Below, one piece after another: positions 42,126-55,395 of a stretch of 64,000 nucleotides of DNA (positions are counted from its first letter, which is position 1; the number at the start of each line of letters is the position of its first letter). The stretch spans positions 1 to 64,000 of the forward strand of contig KZ538321.1 of the NCBI GenBank assembly GCA_000934665.2, given 5' to 3'. The translations under genes were made by a program, and so were the position numbers. Under the pieces are notes generated by a model. The model had not been told where the DNA came from. It did no database searches and saw only the letters and a list, made by a program, of their open reading frames with translations. The DNA comes from Catajapyx aquilonaris. Its lineage: Eukaryota.

Positions 42126-45100
42126 TAAGCCAAAGTATGTGCTTGAACTCTGAAAACAAGCCGCATATATGGAGGCAAATCATTCCTAAGTAAAACGGAC
42201 ATTTCAGCTGCAACACCATATAATTTTTACCGCTCAATTTCATATGTAATTGTTGATATGGTATTTAAGTTATTACTATAGGCATGCAGTAAGCAAACGT
42301 ATAGAGTCAGTCTATATAAGTAGTCTTTAGTAGTTAGGCGTTAGCGCTGTAATTCTGGAGATCTTGAGTTCAATCCCCGATCGCGTCTTCTACTATGCTT
42401 TTACCCCATCTCCGTCGCTTCCAGGACAATAATTCCGGGATGGTTTCCTTCCCGGATGATCACAGCAGCTTTCTTCCCTACAAAGCATTCCTTCCCACAA
42501 ACTGAGATGTATCTACTACATAAGTGGCCTGCGTAGCGAATAGTCGGTTCGGGGGTGAAGAAAGCAAAAGGCCGATGTGGGTTCCAGCCGGTTCCAGCAC
42601 ACCTGACCTTCCATACAACTAACAAACCAATAACACTGCGGGGGCACTGAAACGTCCAGATATAATCGATTTCATTGTTAAGATTGAAACAGTTTCAGAC
42701 GTTTCAGGTAAACTCAAATTCAACTACAATATTCATAGTTATTGTGTTACATAGTTTGGCTACTTGCCCTATACATGTGGGCCAAATGATTGCCCAGAAG
42801 ATTATATTGATCTTCCGGGGCAAAGCCGCATATAAGAGGGCTGGGGGGGGGGGGGGGAACTGCGAGGGGCTACAACCAATCTGGTGTGGGTCATGTAAAA
42901 GGCCATTGGCATGCGGAATCTGGAAGCTGCTCAGTGGGAAGCAAGCGTTCACGGATTCAATTATACCTCGCTGCCTCTGTCCCCTCCGACAGATTTATCC
43001 CTAATATTTGCTTCTGCCTTGTTACTTATTTGACCCCCATGTATGCATGACAAGGCCAACCCAGCGGGGGAGAATACAATTTTCTTTCGCCACATCGTCA
43101 ATATTGTGTCTGCCCATTTATATGAGGCGCAATTTGAAAGCAGGATGTGTATAGCAGGCAGGAACAAATGTATGTCGGATAATGGCTAAAAATCTTAGAC
43201 GGGCTACAATTCAGGTTGTTTGGTGTAGGATTTCAGTAGTGTGAGGTCTGAAATAAACTAAGCACAAAGGAGCGGAACTGAGCCCAAATCCCTTTGAATG
43301 GACTTCACGCAGCTCGGAGGTGTGAATGCCAGGCTTACTGTGGTTTTTTGGGGGAGATTTGGTCGTCGTAGGTTGCTCAGAGTTTCATGTTATTTTAAAC
43401 AAAGACTATTGATATAGCGATTCCAGCATTGGTTGTATTTTGTGCTCAGGATTTGCTTTATTATGTAACATGGTTTTCGAAATTTTCTATGGTAGGGTAC
43501 CATTAAATTTGCTCCTGTTCTCTACTACTTGTGACACTTATAAGCCATTGCACAACTTGGAGGACAATCTATTGGTGCAGTTTCCAATTTTGAACTACCT
43601 TTCCGGAAATGGCCACTAATAAGCTATTTGTCCTACAAATTTATTACTATATACGAAAATAATACCTAATGAAGAAAAAAATATCGGGTTTGTTCAGCTT
43701 GATTGTGTAGGTGAGATTGCATGCGATAAGGATTCCTTATATGCTGAAGCCTACATCATCCATACTTTTATCGGCGCAGTTACATAAACGTGATCCATAA
43801 AATCTGGCAATCACTCTGCTGCTCTAATGGATTAGATTATTCTTCCACTCCACACATTTGCAGAGGTCATCGCAAAATCGAACATATTTTTCTCGTTGAC
43901 AATGATATGGAAAGAACTTAACTTCCACTGATATGCCATAATAAAAGACGGGAATTGGGAAAATGGCAGTTTCAGTCAAGCTATTACAGGAATAGTTGCA
44001 AGAGTTCGAGTCACTCAGGATAATGAAAAGCTTTTATTTCACGTATCTTCATTTATTCTTAAAACGATTGGATATGATTACATTGATTATAGGTAGATGA
44101 AAAATCGGTGTTGTTTCAGTTATAATTTACAATAAATTAGTGTCATCCAAAGAAGAAAAGAGAAAAGAGATGGCAGTTGAAAAGGGACAGCATCAATCAA
44201 TCAGGCATGACAAAGGGAATACACATAGGGTAATAGGAATGTGGTGGAGAATCGTCCTTTCGAGTACAGAGATGGGGCATCTACACTTTTTTTGTACTTT
44301 TATAAAGGTCGGCTTCACGGGAAATGGACATCACATCAAGTGAAACCAACACACTAGGTAAATCTAACGCAAGTCCAGGGCCTCAAGTCAAAACTCCCAA
44401 GGTAAACCCCCACACGAATCTAGTTAGCAGCCATTTTCTTCCATGTTTCCTTCACATTGATTTCAAAAATTCTTCAACCAAAGTCCGTTGCTTATTTTAT
44501 TGACAGCATTGGTGTCATTCGTAGGAAAAACGCAAGCGTAAAAATAATGCGGTTATAGGAACGACATGCGAACTGTCAAGGTGCATCAGAACTTGAAGTT
44601 GACATCTGTGCAATGCCATATAACGCTGACTAGAATACACCGAGATGTTTTGTATGTCGAGAACAGAATAAAAAGGCACTTGCAAGGAACTTGTCACAAC
44701 CTGAGCAAAACGGAAAGAGGCTGCTAACGAGTCCGTTGGTCATTATAGTAGAAAACAATTTTCTGATTTCCTTTGGAGCCAAATTCACACCAGGCCCATT
44801 CCTCATTATGAATCAAGTTTTTTTTTCTCACACATAGAGCAAATCAATTTTTTTTACGCTTGAAAAGTTTTCAACCAATGTTAGTCTCCCGAAACAATGC
44901 TGCATTTCACATTGTCTTTGTGCATCCAAAACACTGCATAATACAGTACTGACGACATCAAGCAATTTGATCGTATACAACAGAGGGGATGAAAGTGACT
45001 AGTCTAATGAAACACAATGTAAATTCAATATGGATTTTTAATGATTGAGATTAATGAGTGCCGATCGTGTTTTGCGATGGTAATGGATTGTGCAAATCGT

Positions 45101-46712
45101 TTGTGGCAAAATACGTGGATTATGGAAAGTAGTAATATTTAATGCAAGAGTACAATGTTATTATTGATATGAAATCTCAATCACTATAAATCACTTCTGA
45201 TTCCACGAATGTTCAACGGGTACTTGTTACTGATTAAATTGCACTCTAAAATGAGGCAAAAATTCCTGATTCCAACAGTGTATATAGTGTTTGTCGAAAA
45301 TTGAAAACTGTGAGACATACCGTACTGTAGGTTCAATAAATAAAACCACAGGAGGAGCCGAGTCCAATTTCCACGCCTATGTTTCCAATATTAACAGTTG
45401 ACCTTGCAGTTGACTATATGTTTGTATGACCAAGATGCAATCGAAACAATTACTGAATGCATCAGTATGGATGTAAGCATCGGAATCAGCAATCTTTGAG
45501 TGTGACATGTAGTACATTTTCTCTTTTTTACGCAACAAAATATTTGATATTCACACCAACATAATTATACATAATTATGCTAACTCCAGGTAACTGTGTA
45601 ATGCCGGTTTAAAAATTGCATGGCATATATTTCACAACTCCAATAACAAATTCAGCTCATGAATAATGTTGTGTGAATAAAAAATATTTCAGCCTATCAG
45701 GCAAGAGGATTTAGGGGCAGCCCCCAGATTGCATGACCAAGAGTTTATGCAGTGCATTGGAGGCGACGCGAGAAGTTACGCAGGTAGTTTTAGTTATACT
45801 TTCTGAGACAATCACTTCATTGACACGCTTTAGGATCTTCTATCAAATTATTTTTGACAGACACATTATGTGAACATGAGGTAAAAATAAACCACCTTGT
45901 GACAATTGACAACATTGTTGGCTCCGCATTTTAGAAGTATGAGTAGGCCTATAACAGGCACAAATTTTTGCTGAATTACTTGTTGTGCAGTTTTTATACA
46001 TTTTTATATTACTCCTGCATTATAATGGCTGCTCAGCAGTACCTCCAAATTTGGATTTTAAAATGTTTTAGACTTATCAGTAATCAGAGACAAAGAGGGG
46101 CCAACTGTCGAATCTATTCCTGAAGCGTTACCTGTTAAGTTTTGTCATTTGCCACAATAAACCACACTGACAAGTTCCTTCATTTTCTGCAGTAGTATAA
46201 GACAAATTGTATACCTTAATTCAGTCAGTGAGTTTAGGCAAAAAGAAAAATAATTTCGGGAGCAAAAACCAAAAGAAGTTTATTATTTTACTTAAAACAG
46301 CTTTAAACAATTTTGTAAAGGTTGTTTTATGTGCACAGAAGGGAGAACAACAATTTCCTCAGCATGCATTACCCGCGATCAAAGCTGTAGATAAATACTG
46401 TTCATCCCACAAATACCGACATTTGCGACATTCATCACGTCGGTTCATTTTTGATGATGAAACAAACCGTTGGAGTGCCTACAAATTGACTATCGAAGGC
46501 CCATGCTGCTGCGATGTATACAGTATAGGTGTTACGAGTGTTGGCAAGTCGGCACGGACTCACCCTGGGGCGCTGTCGGCGGCTGCGTCAGTGTCGGTGG
46601 CGGTGGCGGTGACGATGGCTGACGAGACGGAAGCCGGCCCCGGGGCAGCACGACCGTGGGCCCAACTCCACGTGAACGCCGGCGCTCCTGCTGCCGCCAC
46701 CGTCCTTCTGGG

Positions 46713-47447
46713 TCACCACCAGCGTCCAGGTTGTGGCAACAAGTGTGGATGGTGGTGGTGGTGATGGTGGTGCGCCGAATAGGAAGGGATTCCCGATCCC
46801 AGGGCAGCCGCCATGCCCGGGCTGCCTACCAAGGAGTCGCCAACGCAAGGGGCAGTCATGCAGCCGGCCATGGAGGAGATGCTGGGTAGAGGCACGTCTA
46901 CATTCACGTTCATGTTCATATTCATATTCATGCTCATGTTCATGTTCATGTTCATGCCCAGAGCATGGCCTAGTCCCCCCAGATGCAGAGGGTGTGGAGG
47001 TAGGCCGTCCTTGCCCGAGGAGGAAGTGGAGGTGGGAGGTTGGCCAGGGGGCGGCCCAGGGGCTGGCTGGTGTGGAGGCGGTGCGCAGGGTTTGCCATCG
47101 CGTACCAACACTGGCACGGCAACTCTCCTGGGCGAGGGAAGAGCACCCACTTCCTGGAGTCCCTTCTCTCGTTGCGCCCTCTTGGTCTTGTAGCGGTGGT
47201 TCTGGAACCATATCTTCACCTGGGTAGGTGTGAGTCGGATGATGCTGGCCAAGTGCTCACGTTCTGGTGCTGACAGGTATCTCTGTTGCCGGAAGCGGCG
47301 CTCCAACTCGTACGTCTGCTGCTTAGAAAACAACACGCGACGCTTCCGTTTCTTGGGCGCCGATGAAGACTCCCCGCCCGTCCCTCGTGAAGACAGGCCA
47401 TCATCCTTCGATGGACTTGATTCCGACGCCACTGACTCGGCTCGTTC
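46713..47447 (-). CDS. vnd: vnd/NK2.2 homeobox exon
   Basis: ttaatcag|GAA acceptor in frame with ORF 46713-47432. Contains the homeodomain, NK2-SD, an (MN)n tract and poly-His; TGA at 46715-46713. Confidence 0.96.
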   Translation of the reverse strand, partial: ERAESVASESSPSKDDGLSSRGTGGESSSAPKKRKRRVLFSKQQTYELERRFRQQRYLSAPEREHLASIIRLTPTQVKIWFQNHRYKTKRAQREKGLQEVGALPSPRRVAVPVLVRDGKPCAPPPHQPAPGPPPGQPPTSTSSSGKDGLPPHPLHLGGLGHALGMNMNMNMSMNMNMNMNVNVDVPLPSISSMAGCMTAPCVGDSLVGSPGMAAALGSGIPSYSAHHHHHHHHPHLLPQPGRWW

Positions 47448-50400
47448 CTGATTAAAAAATTGCCAAATTTTAATACCAACAATAGAGTGCGTGACACTTC
47501 ATACATTAGCTATGTAAGATGGCGCGATAACCTTATTAAAATAATCTAATAACCTTTTTGCCGAGCTGTGAAAATTCGAGCTGCTGTATAGCTATTGAAA
47601 AACTCTATAATTGCTGATATATCGAGAAATCTGCCTATAGTGGAGGCTACACTCATACTGTATTTTGATTTATGCAGATATGCATCTTGTACTAAAATAT
47701 TATGGACCAAAATAATTAGAATATGTCTCGGGCTTGCATAGTGGAATCCTGTTAGAAATTTTAATGCACGAGTCCAAACGTGATAGGCCATTGCAGCCTT
47801 GCAAAGCGACCTTCAATTAAGCTGTCTCACTGTGAGTATAACAACCAAAGAATTACATGCGGGATGCGTGATATGGTGAAGATAAGGAATTCATGAGGTC
47901 ATGCGAAATATAGTCAGATTACACGCAGAAAGGTAAAGAGAAGTGTTTATAACATACCGACGATTGCTTTTATAGGCCTACTGAATATAACTTAGCAAGC
48001 GAAACGACCATGCAGTCAACAGTCATTACTGGAGGGGCTGAGCCAAGGGCATATTGCACTCAATTGAACAATGCTGTTTGCATGTGCACTTCAAAGTAGA
48101 CAATAAATTGATATACTGTAACGGAACATTACATACAAGTGCTTCGGACTTCCCCTCTCCTTACTAATTAATTACCGTACTATTTAGAGCAGGTCGTTTG
48201 CTCATGGCTGCCTTTGTGGTATGTACTGTACCATAGACTACAACACACTATATTGTAGGTTTTGTTGCACTTCGGCACATGCAGACGGACAGTGAGCTGC
48301 CGGCTTCCTCATGCATAATAGCTAGTCCGCTTAAAAAGATAATTTATTATTTCTAATAGGGCGTCCCAATCTGACCTCCTGTCCTGATGCACCCCTGTCG
48401 AGGTTGTCTGTAGAATCGGCAGCGACTGATGCAATGTGGTGGTGGTGATGAAGACTGTTGGCTGGACTCAAGATAGGAGGACTATCTGATGGACTAGGAG
48501 GAGCAGCTCCTACTGACGATGACGTGCTGTCGGGACTCAACTGCGATACAGAAGGAGCGGCTACCGACGACTGAGCAACAGCTTCATCGGATAACCCCAG
48601 CGGTGTCATACCTGGGAATCGGTATTTATACGAAACTGTCACAAACATGCAATTGCAAACTTTCTTTGAATTGTACTGTACAGAGTATTTAAAGCACAAA
48701 ACTATACAAACCTTTGTCGAGGCGCGTAAGGTTTCTCGGAGCTCCATAAACACTATCGGGGTAGAAAGGGTTTCCATAGGCAGCTAACACGCAATCCAGG
48801 CCTCCTGACAGACCAGGAGCTCCTACAAAGATCAAAGGATGTGCTTGATTGAACTTATGCATCAAGGTATAAGGTAACCCTTTCGTTGAGTTACATTTTT
48901 CACCACAGAATGTGTAACATGACTGTGAAAGCAGAGTGTAAAAGTGCCTTGTCACTCTAGAGGGAGGAAGATTTATCGTCGCTTCCTGGACAGGATATTG
49001 GTTAATGGGTGCATTTTAGAAGCTTTGAATTCGTTCATCTCAGTGAAATGCATGTCACTCGCACGCCCGACCGATTTTGCTATAGTAATTGTCTTTTCCT
49101 GCTGATATATAGTTTACGGTCAGAAAAAAAATCAACAAGGCCCATCGTTATCAGACATGCATATAGATGGCAGCCCATGCAATAAACAAAAGTGCGTTTT
49201 GTTGACAACGTAAGCTTGTCACGCAGCTGATATGCAACTGCGTGGCTTTCCAAAGGGTCATTTATGCATCTAACGCTCCAGCTCCCCCTATTCGTATGTA
49301 TGCATGATCACATATGTCAGGACGTCAACGGATCGTGAAAGGGTCGTCGGTGGGTTCCTTCCTTCCTTCCTTCCTTCCGGTCTGCCTCGAGTTTGGCTCC
49401 GGAAGCTGAGTCAAAAGGCAGCAAGCGGCCTACGGCGCCTCACCCAGAGTTGGATGATGGGGGAGGCTAATTTGGGGGGAAGGATAAAAAAGCGATTTCC
49501 TTGTCTCTCGCAAGCTTGCGTCCCAGCCATCAGCCAACGCTCCATTTAACCTCCCCCACTCCCACCCCATTTTGATCTGGGAGAGCCTATTTGCCCTATA
49601 TGGCAAGGGAGGGGATGTTACTCCTATTCCTAATTGAATGGTAAAGGCGGTGTCGGAAAGCCCTGATGTCATCACTTCTCTTTCGGGATGGGGTCAATCG
49701 CCTTTCCTTCCCTCTCCCCTTCTTTCCCTCCAAAAAACGAACGACGATGAGAAAAGAGGGGAAAAAACTGGAGGAGGTGAAGAGGAAAATGCTCTACTCC
49801 TGATGGGATTCTCTGCCGATTGTTATTCGTATGTAATATCACTGCCAAAGGAAGCTCATTAGGATGGAGGAGGAATGGATGTGAATCAGACCTTACGGCA
49901 ATTGCACTCGATAGGATGACCAGTCATAAGGACAGTGCGGGACTATGCACTGTATATGTCTAGACTCCACAAAGAATATTGCAATGGAATGGGTGTGCCG
50001 TCATCGAACCATCAGGGCAGACAACATAGGAACAGGCAGTCAAAAAACTTACTCGGGGGGAACAAGTTTTTTAAAAGCTTTGTCGCTAACACTGAGTAAT
50101 TACACAGATGAAATGGAATGTCAGCTGGAGATCAGCTGATCGAATAATTTGAAAGTCATCAATTACTGACTGAGCAAAGGATTAGTCGCGTGCGAGGTTC
50201 ATCCAATATTCAGTGGTAGGGGAATGAGAACAAGTGTGTAAGGGCAACTAAGCAGTTAATAAAATTGAGGTGGCGGTGTGGAGGAGGCTGCTTAGCACCC
50301 CAGCTTGGTAATAGGCCCCAAGAGGAAAGGGGACGACCCCGAATATTGGATCACTTACGGGGAGATCAGCCTTATTGAAACCTTCCTGAACCAATCTTTG

Positions 50401-52917
50401 CTGTTTTATTTTTTAGCCATATTTGTTTCATACACAGCATGTCACATGACGCATGTACTTTGCCATGTGGGCAGGCCGCATTGTTTTACGAAAATATCAT
50501 GCAATATAATGCAAATGTGAAGTTTATGAAAAATATCTCTCTTCATTCTAACATAATTATTATACTGTGACGGCCTATTGTGAGAGAGGTATAAAATGAT
50601 GATTTCGAAACGGTACACTGCACTTTTCGGATTGTTTGCCGAGTTAATCATTCTTTATCTGATCAAGTGAATTGTGTAATGGACTGTGTATTTTCACTTG
50701 GAATTGCCGAACAATTCTATTTGAAGCTGATACGTAATTATACTACACTTCAGTTTCTCCATCAACTTTAATTGAATTAGGCTTCCGTTACTACAGTGTG
50801 CTACAAAAGTAATACGAGGTTATCTGCATCAGAATCAAGTGTGTAAGATTATATACCTATATGTAGGCCTACTGCCTACAGCGAGGATCACTATGGCATG
50901 ACCCGGAACACTCTTTTGAAACCACCTCAGGTGGAAGTATTTCTGACACGTGTCGAACGTGTCTGGGGAGTGAGCCTAAATTATTGCTAAAAGTCACGTG
51001 ATTTATTATACTTATACGGCAGGACATATTTCATAGTTAGATGGCTTCCAGGGGACCTAATAGTTTCTTACATAATTGTCAATTGGAGATAATAATATTA
51101 TCAGTTTTGAGAAACGCTCAGACACAGCTCCGGCAATGCTTTGTTTAACTTGGAAGCTCATCAATAAATATCTCTCATCATGATACGAGTATTCGATAAA
51201 ATCCTGGTATTGTTCTGGGCTTTCATTTACGCACATTTACACATTTGTGCTGTGTGAGCTATACGAGTCACACTGCAATCTTTTAAAGATGCAACCCACA
51301 TATTATTTTGGTTGTAATATATAATTTACTGTATACACTGCAGATTGTGAATGAATGTGCAAAATGTGATATGCACACCTTGCTTCATGCTTTAAAAGGT
51401 GGTGCCACATCAACTGCTGATAGTTACCGCAATAATCCTCTGCTAAGCATATTATTTTAATGCAGTGATGCATATTATTGTCAGTAGTGCGTCTCAGTAT
51501 GGCGCTTTAAGTTGCTTTATTTCGGTGCATCAGCTGTTCGATGCTTGTTATGAAACACTCTTCTTTAAAAGAGCTCAGGAATCAGAAGGATTTCAATTTG
51601 GCGGACATGGTACGCATGGCTACTAATAATTTTTGGAAACCACTCGGGATTTAATTATCGGACTTGAGTCGGACTTGGGTCCTAACTAATCACTATATAT
51701 AGGATTGTTAACGATTTACAGCCAATAATTATTGTGAAGGTTGCATCTTACAAGAACTGAAGAACTTATAAATTTTCAGTACTTGTTGTTATATAAAGGT
51801 CATGCAATGTCTTACAATACTTACATGAATGCATTTAAAAGTCTAATAGCAGATTCTCGGTCAAGTCCGCAGGCTATAAGACAGTTAGGCCTGCTTCTAA
51901 ATGTGTAGGCCAATCTGGATTAGCCCTAGGGATTAGCCCAAGCATGTTAGTTGAATCTAAGAAAAAAATTATGCTTAGGGCATGAGAAGCTTTTGTCCTG
52001 AGAAAAAGTTTAGGTGAACCTGTAGCTGGGATGTAATGTAGATTCACGACAATTACACCACATGGTAGAGAAAATCTTCAAGCTATTATTTTCTAAGTGG
52101 CGGAATTGAACAACACTCTTCCCAATCGAGGGTGGCATTACAGATTATATCCAAGGTGTTCCATTGAAATTCAGTTTTAGTTAGCAATTTTTTTGACACT
52201 GAGATGTTTATTTGTTCTTTGACTTTTAGTGGTTATCAAAATTATTAACTGCTAATATTACCGCAAGCTAAATTATTTCACTGTAATTCGGAATTGCCCA
52301 TTAGAACAATATTGGAATCGAAAGTCAATGATTGAACCCATTTTTGCGGGCACGCTTGCATTCTTTTAAAAGGATTGGCCCATGCTACCTAATATTATCA
52401 GGTAATACCTAAATGGCAACCACTAAAAGTAACTTCTTAAAAATAAGCGGCTTATAGTGCCAAAATTTTAATTAAAACATCCTCTATTCAGCATACTACG
52501 GGGATAGTTTCAGATCAGAAACAGTATATGGATGAGAACATACTTCCTGTTGGACTTGGGTTCCTTGCGATGTTCCAGAACGAAATAACCAGAATTGATT
52601 CGATAGATTTGGGTTCCATACTTCCATTTGGAGATAATAGCGAAAGGAATGTAAGTCTGAGAAGAAATGGGAACCTTTTGCATCTCTCTCTTTGGAGCAA
52701 GATAGATCCCATTAGCACCTTCTTTCTCAGTATGATAAATAATGATCAGCAAGGTGAAGTATGCATGAAATGGGCATGCGGATTGCTCACCTGGAGGTCC
52801 TCGAGGAAGATCGATGCACTGAGGGAGGTGGTCACTGCTTCCCTGAGCCTTTCCTTCCGGCAACTCCAAAATGTCCCGCACAGAGAAGCTGGACGGTTTA
52901 GCCCCTCCCAGCGACAT
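46713..52917 (-). CDS. vnd: NK2.2 / ventral nervous system defective homeobox protein, 4 coding exons, about 402 aa
   Basis: join(complement) 52791-52917, 48712-48822, 48376-48611, 46713-47447; GT-AG, phases 1-1-0. TN/eh1 motif [11 protein letters not shown]2.2-type homeodomain [61 protein letters not shown]2-specific domain [18 protein letters not shown]-terminal WW. Confidence 0.92.
48376..48611 (-). CDS. vnd: vnd/NK2.2 internal exon (Ser/Pro-rich, poly-His)
   Basis: ttcccag|GT ATG ACA CCG... [16 protein letters not shown]...[10 protein letters not shown]...RGASGQE|gtcaga; phase fits the next exon. Confidence 0.82.
48712..48822 (-). CDS. vnd: vnd/NK2.2 internal exon (Tyr-containing region)
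   Basis: ctttgtag / gtttgt boundaries, 111 nt, phase 1-1; [37 protein letters not shown], resembling the tyrosine-rich segment of NK2 proteins. Confidence 0.65.
52791..52917 (-). CDS. vnd: vnd/NK2.2 exon with TN (eh1) Groucho-binding motif
   Basis: [23 protein letters not shown]...RGPP|gtgagc donor. Confidence 0.85.
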
Positions 52918-55395
52918 CTTGATATCTATTAGCCTAGGGGGGAAAATGCATCGATTAACTATAGATGACCTTCATGTAGGGCTGGGTAAGAAATTACGAA
53001 ACTCGGGAAATAATCCAGAGAAGGTTAGTTTCATACCGTATATCCCTCCCGCTTATTTTGGAATGACCGCGGAAGCGTACAACAGTAGGAAATATTATTA
53101 TATATTAGTAAAATAGAGACTATTGTATATTCAAAATATTAGAGATATTTAGTACAGCCTCGAAACTGCTATAAGTTATACAGAGAAAGCTGATCTTCCA
53201 AAACTAAATCCACAGCAGTGTTTGTGCTGGACATTCTACATCATTAATCATTGATTCAATCTTAAACTGGTAAATTCAGCATTTAGAAAAGCTTGCTTCA
53301 GCTGTTCACTCTTAAAAGTCAGCTACTGTATAGGTACAGGTGGTGAAGAAGTGGCACTTGAAAACCAATCATAATTCCCACAATATACATTAAGCCTATA
53401 ATCCGGAAGAACCTCACTGAATGAATAAGGCTTCAAGTGAAAAGACAGAGATCGAGGCCATCATTGTTAAACTCCAGGAATATTTCCTTTACATACTTTC
53501 TAGCGTGTTCACGTGTGAAAATTGCTCTTTTATCCATCCATAATTGCAGCCATCAATTCTCCCCTTCCAAGTACAGAAATATCCCCTTCTATAGACTTAA
53601 ACATGCAGTTAGGGTCAACTGTTGGCCCCTGTTGAGTGCGAGCCAGTATATTTGAGGGAATAATTGCAACAAAACCTTGCCTCTAATTTAGTTCGATTGT
53701 CATAATACCAAATATTGTGGATATAAACTTGTAATGTTTCAGCATTTGACACAGATAAAAGAAGTTAACAAGTTTTGAACATTCCAAACCATATCTCAAG
53801 ACAACATAGCCGATTGGTTTCTTTTTATTTCGTATATTTTGCACCGAATGTTGGAAGAGGAACGCATTTCTGTATACAGCAGTATAGAGAGGGAGGAAAC
53901 CGACGCTTCATATAGTTTTTGGAAACACATTCAGGCATCGACATAAAATTGAAGAAGAATAACCACAAATGATTTGATAGTAAGGATATGGCATATCAAA
54001 CGTAATACTCGCGATTGGATGAGGCGTTATAATGTAGTACGAACCTGGGCTTTACAACCTCTGTTCACAGCATCTGTAAAACCTATTGCACATGTTCCTT
54101 TTAATATCGTTTCAATTATTATCGGAGCACACAATGTAGCGGGGACTGGGGACCCGTATTTTATTGTATCAACCAAGTTAGGGTGGTCCTTACAATGTTA
54201 AACTGGTTTCCTCGTCGAATTGCTAACAATATACGAAAAGTCAAGGGTTACCATGGCGCATATACAGGGAACCGAGGGCGTGTCAGTTGGGACAGAAGTC
54301 GTAAGTTATATAAGGTTTGTCATTTGTGCCTTGCACCACCACAAGGCGTGATAGAACTATACCTTGGGGTCCTATTGGAAGGGGGTCATGAAAGGTTTGC
54401 AAAAAAAAGCGCACCGAATGAGTGTCCAATCAGAAATGTTGCAAGAGGTCACGTGTCCTGTGGAGGACGCCTGGGATTTGGCAGCATCGTGTGTGAATGG
54501 AGCTAGGCCTAGTCAAAAGGGGGCATTTTGCAGTGGACTGCCAGAGGCGGAATAGAAGCCTGTTTCCGCCCCCTTTTTGCACCCCCTACACCCTTCTAGA
54601 TACCTCCTACAATATCGGTTCAAAAGCGAGGCTTAATTGCGTCACAAAGAAGGGAGGGGGCTCCCGGGACGCTCAGGGACCAACAATAATTAACGATTCC
54701 CCCCCGACATCATTGCAACGGCTTCATTCAGCTGGAAAGCGCCAGACTGGAGTTTGTATTCATCCACAGATTATCGTGTATACTCTGCTACCTTACATCT
54801 GCAATCTACAAACTTACAAAGTGTAGGTTTGATTCCTCAAATATGACAGTTTAATCCCTCGTTGAAACCACATGCTCTCCACGGCTTTTGCACAAAGATA
54901 AAGACTGGAGTAGGCTTACGCGGGCCTTTACCTTTCCGGTCAGAAATTGTCTGTTTTTTCATTCAGAATATTAATCTCTATTTTAGGGTACGTTTTCACA
55001 GTGGAAAAAGGCTTTTATGTTTTTCTACAGTACATGTAGGTCTAAAATAAGATCATCCACATAGCCTATTACCTCAAACTGGCCAAAAAGGTCACATTGA
55101 ACAAGAATGAACTGAGCTACTTTCGTGAAACGAAACATACTGGGACGAGTAGTATCCATAAACAAATAGTCATGTAATGAAGGGTAGTAAAATAATGTAA
55201 ATTGACTGATTTAAAATGGTACTAGGGCCTACCACATGTGACAAGAAAACAATAGACCGGTATTGTCCTTGTCACCGTTGCTCTCATGTCCAGATTTTGG
55301 ACAGGGACTTTACCTGGTCCTTTGCTAGTAAAACTTGAGCCACTGACTCATCTCCACCGACTGTCTGCTGCATCACCCATAGGTGCCTTGCTATA

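Noticed and set aside
46207..47451. Antisense or alternative-frame ORFs over vnd (185, 207, 164 and 126 aa)
   Set aside because: Expected shadow ORFs of a GC-rich coding exon; no recognisable homology.
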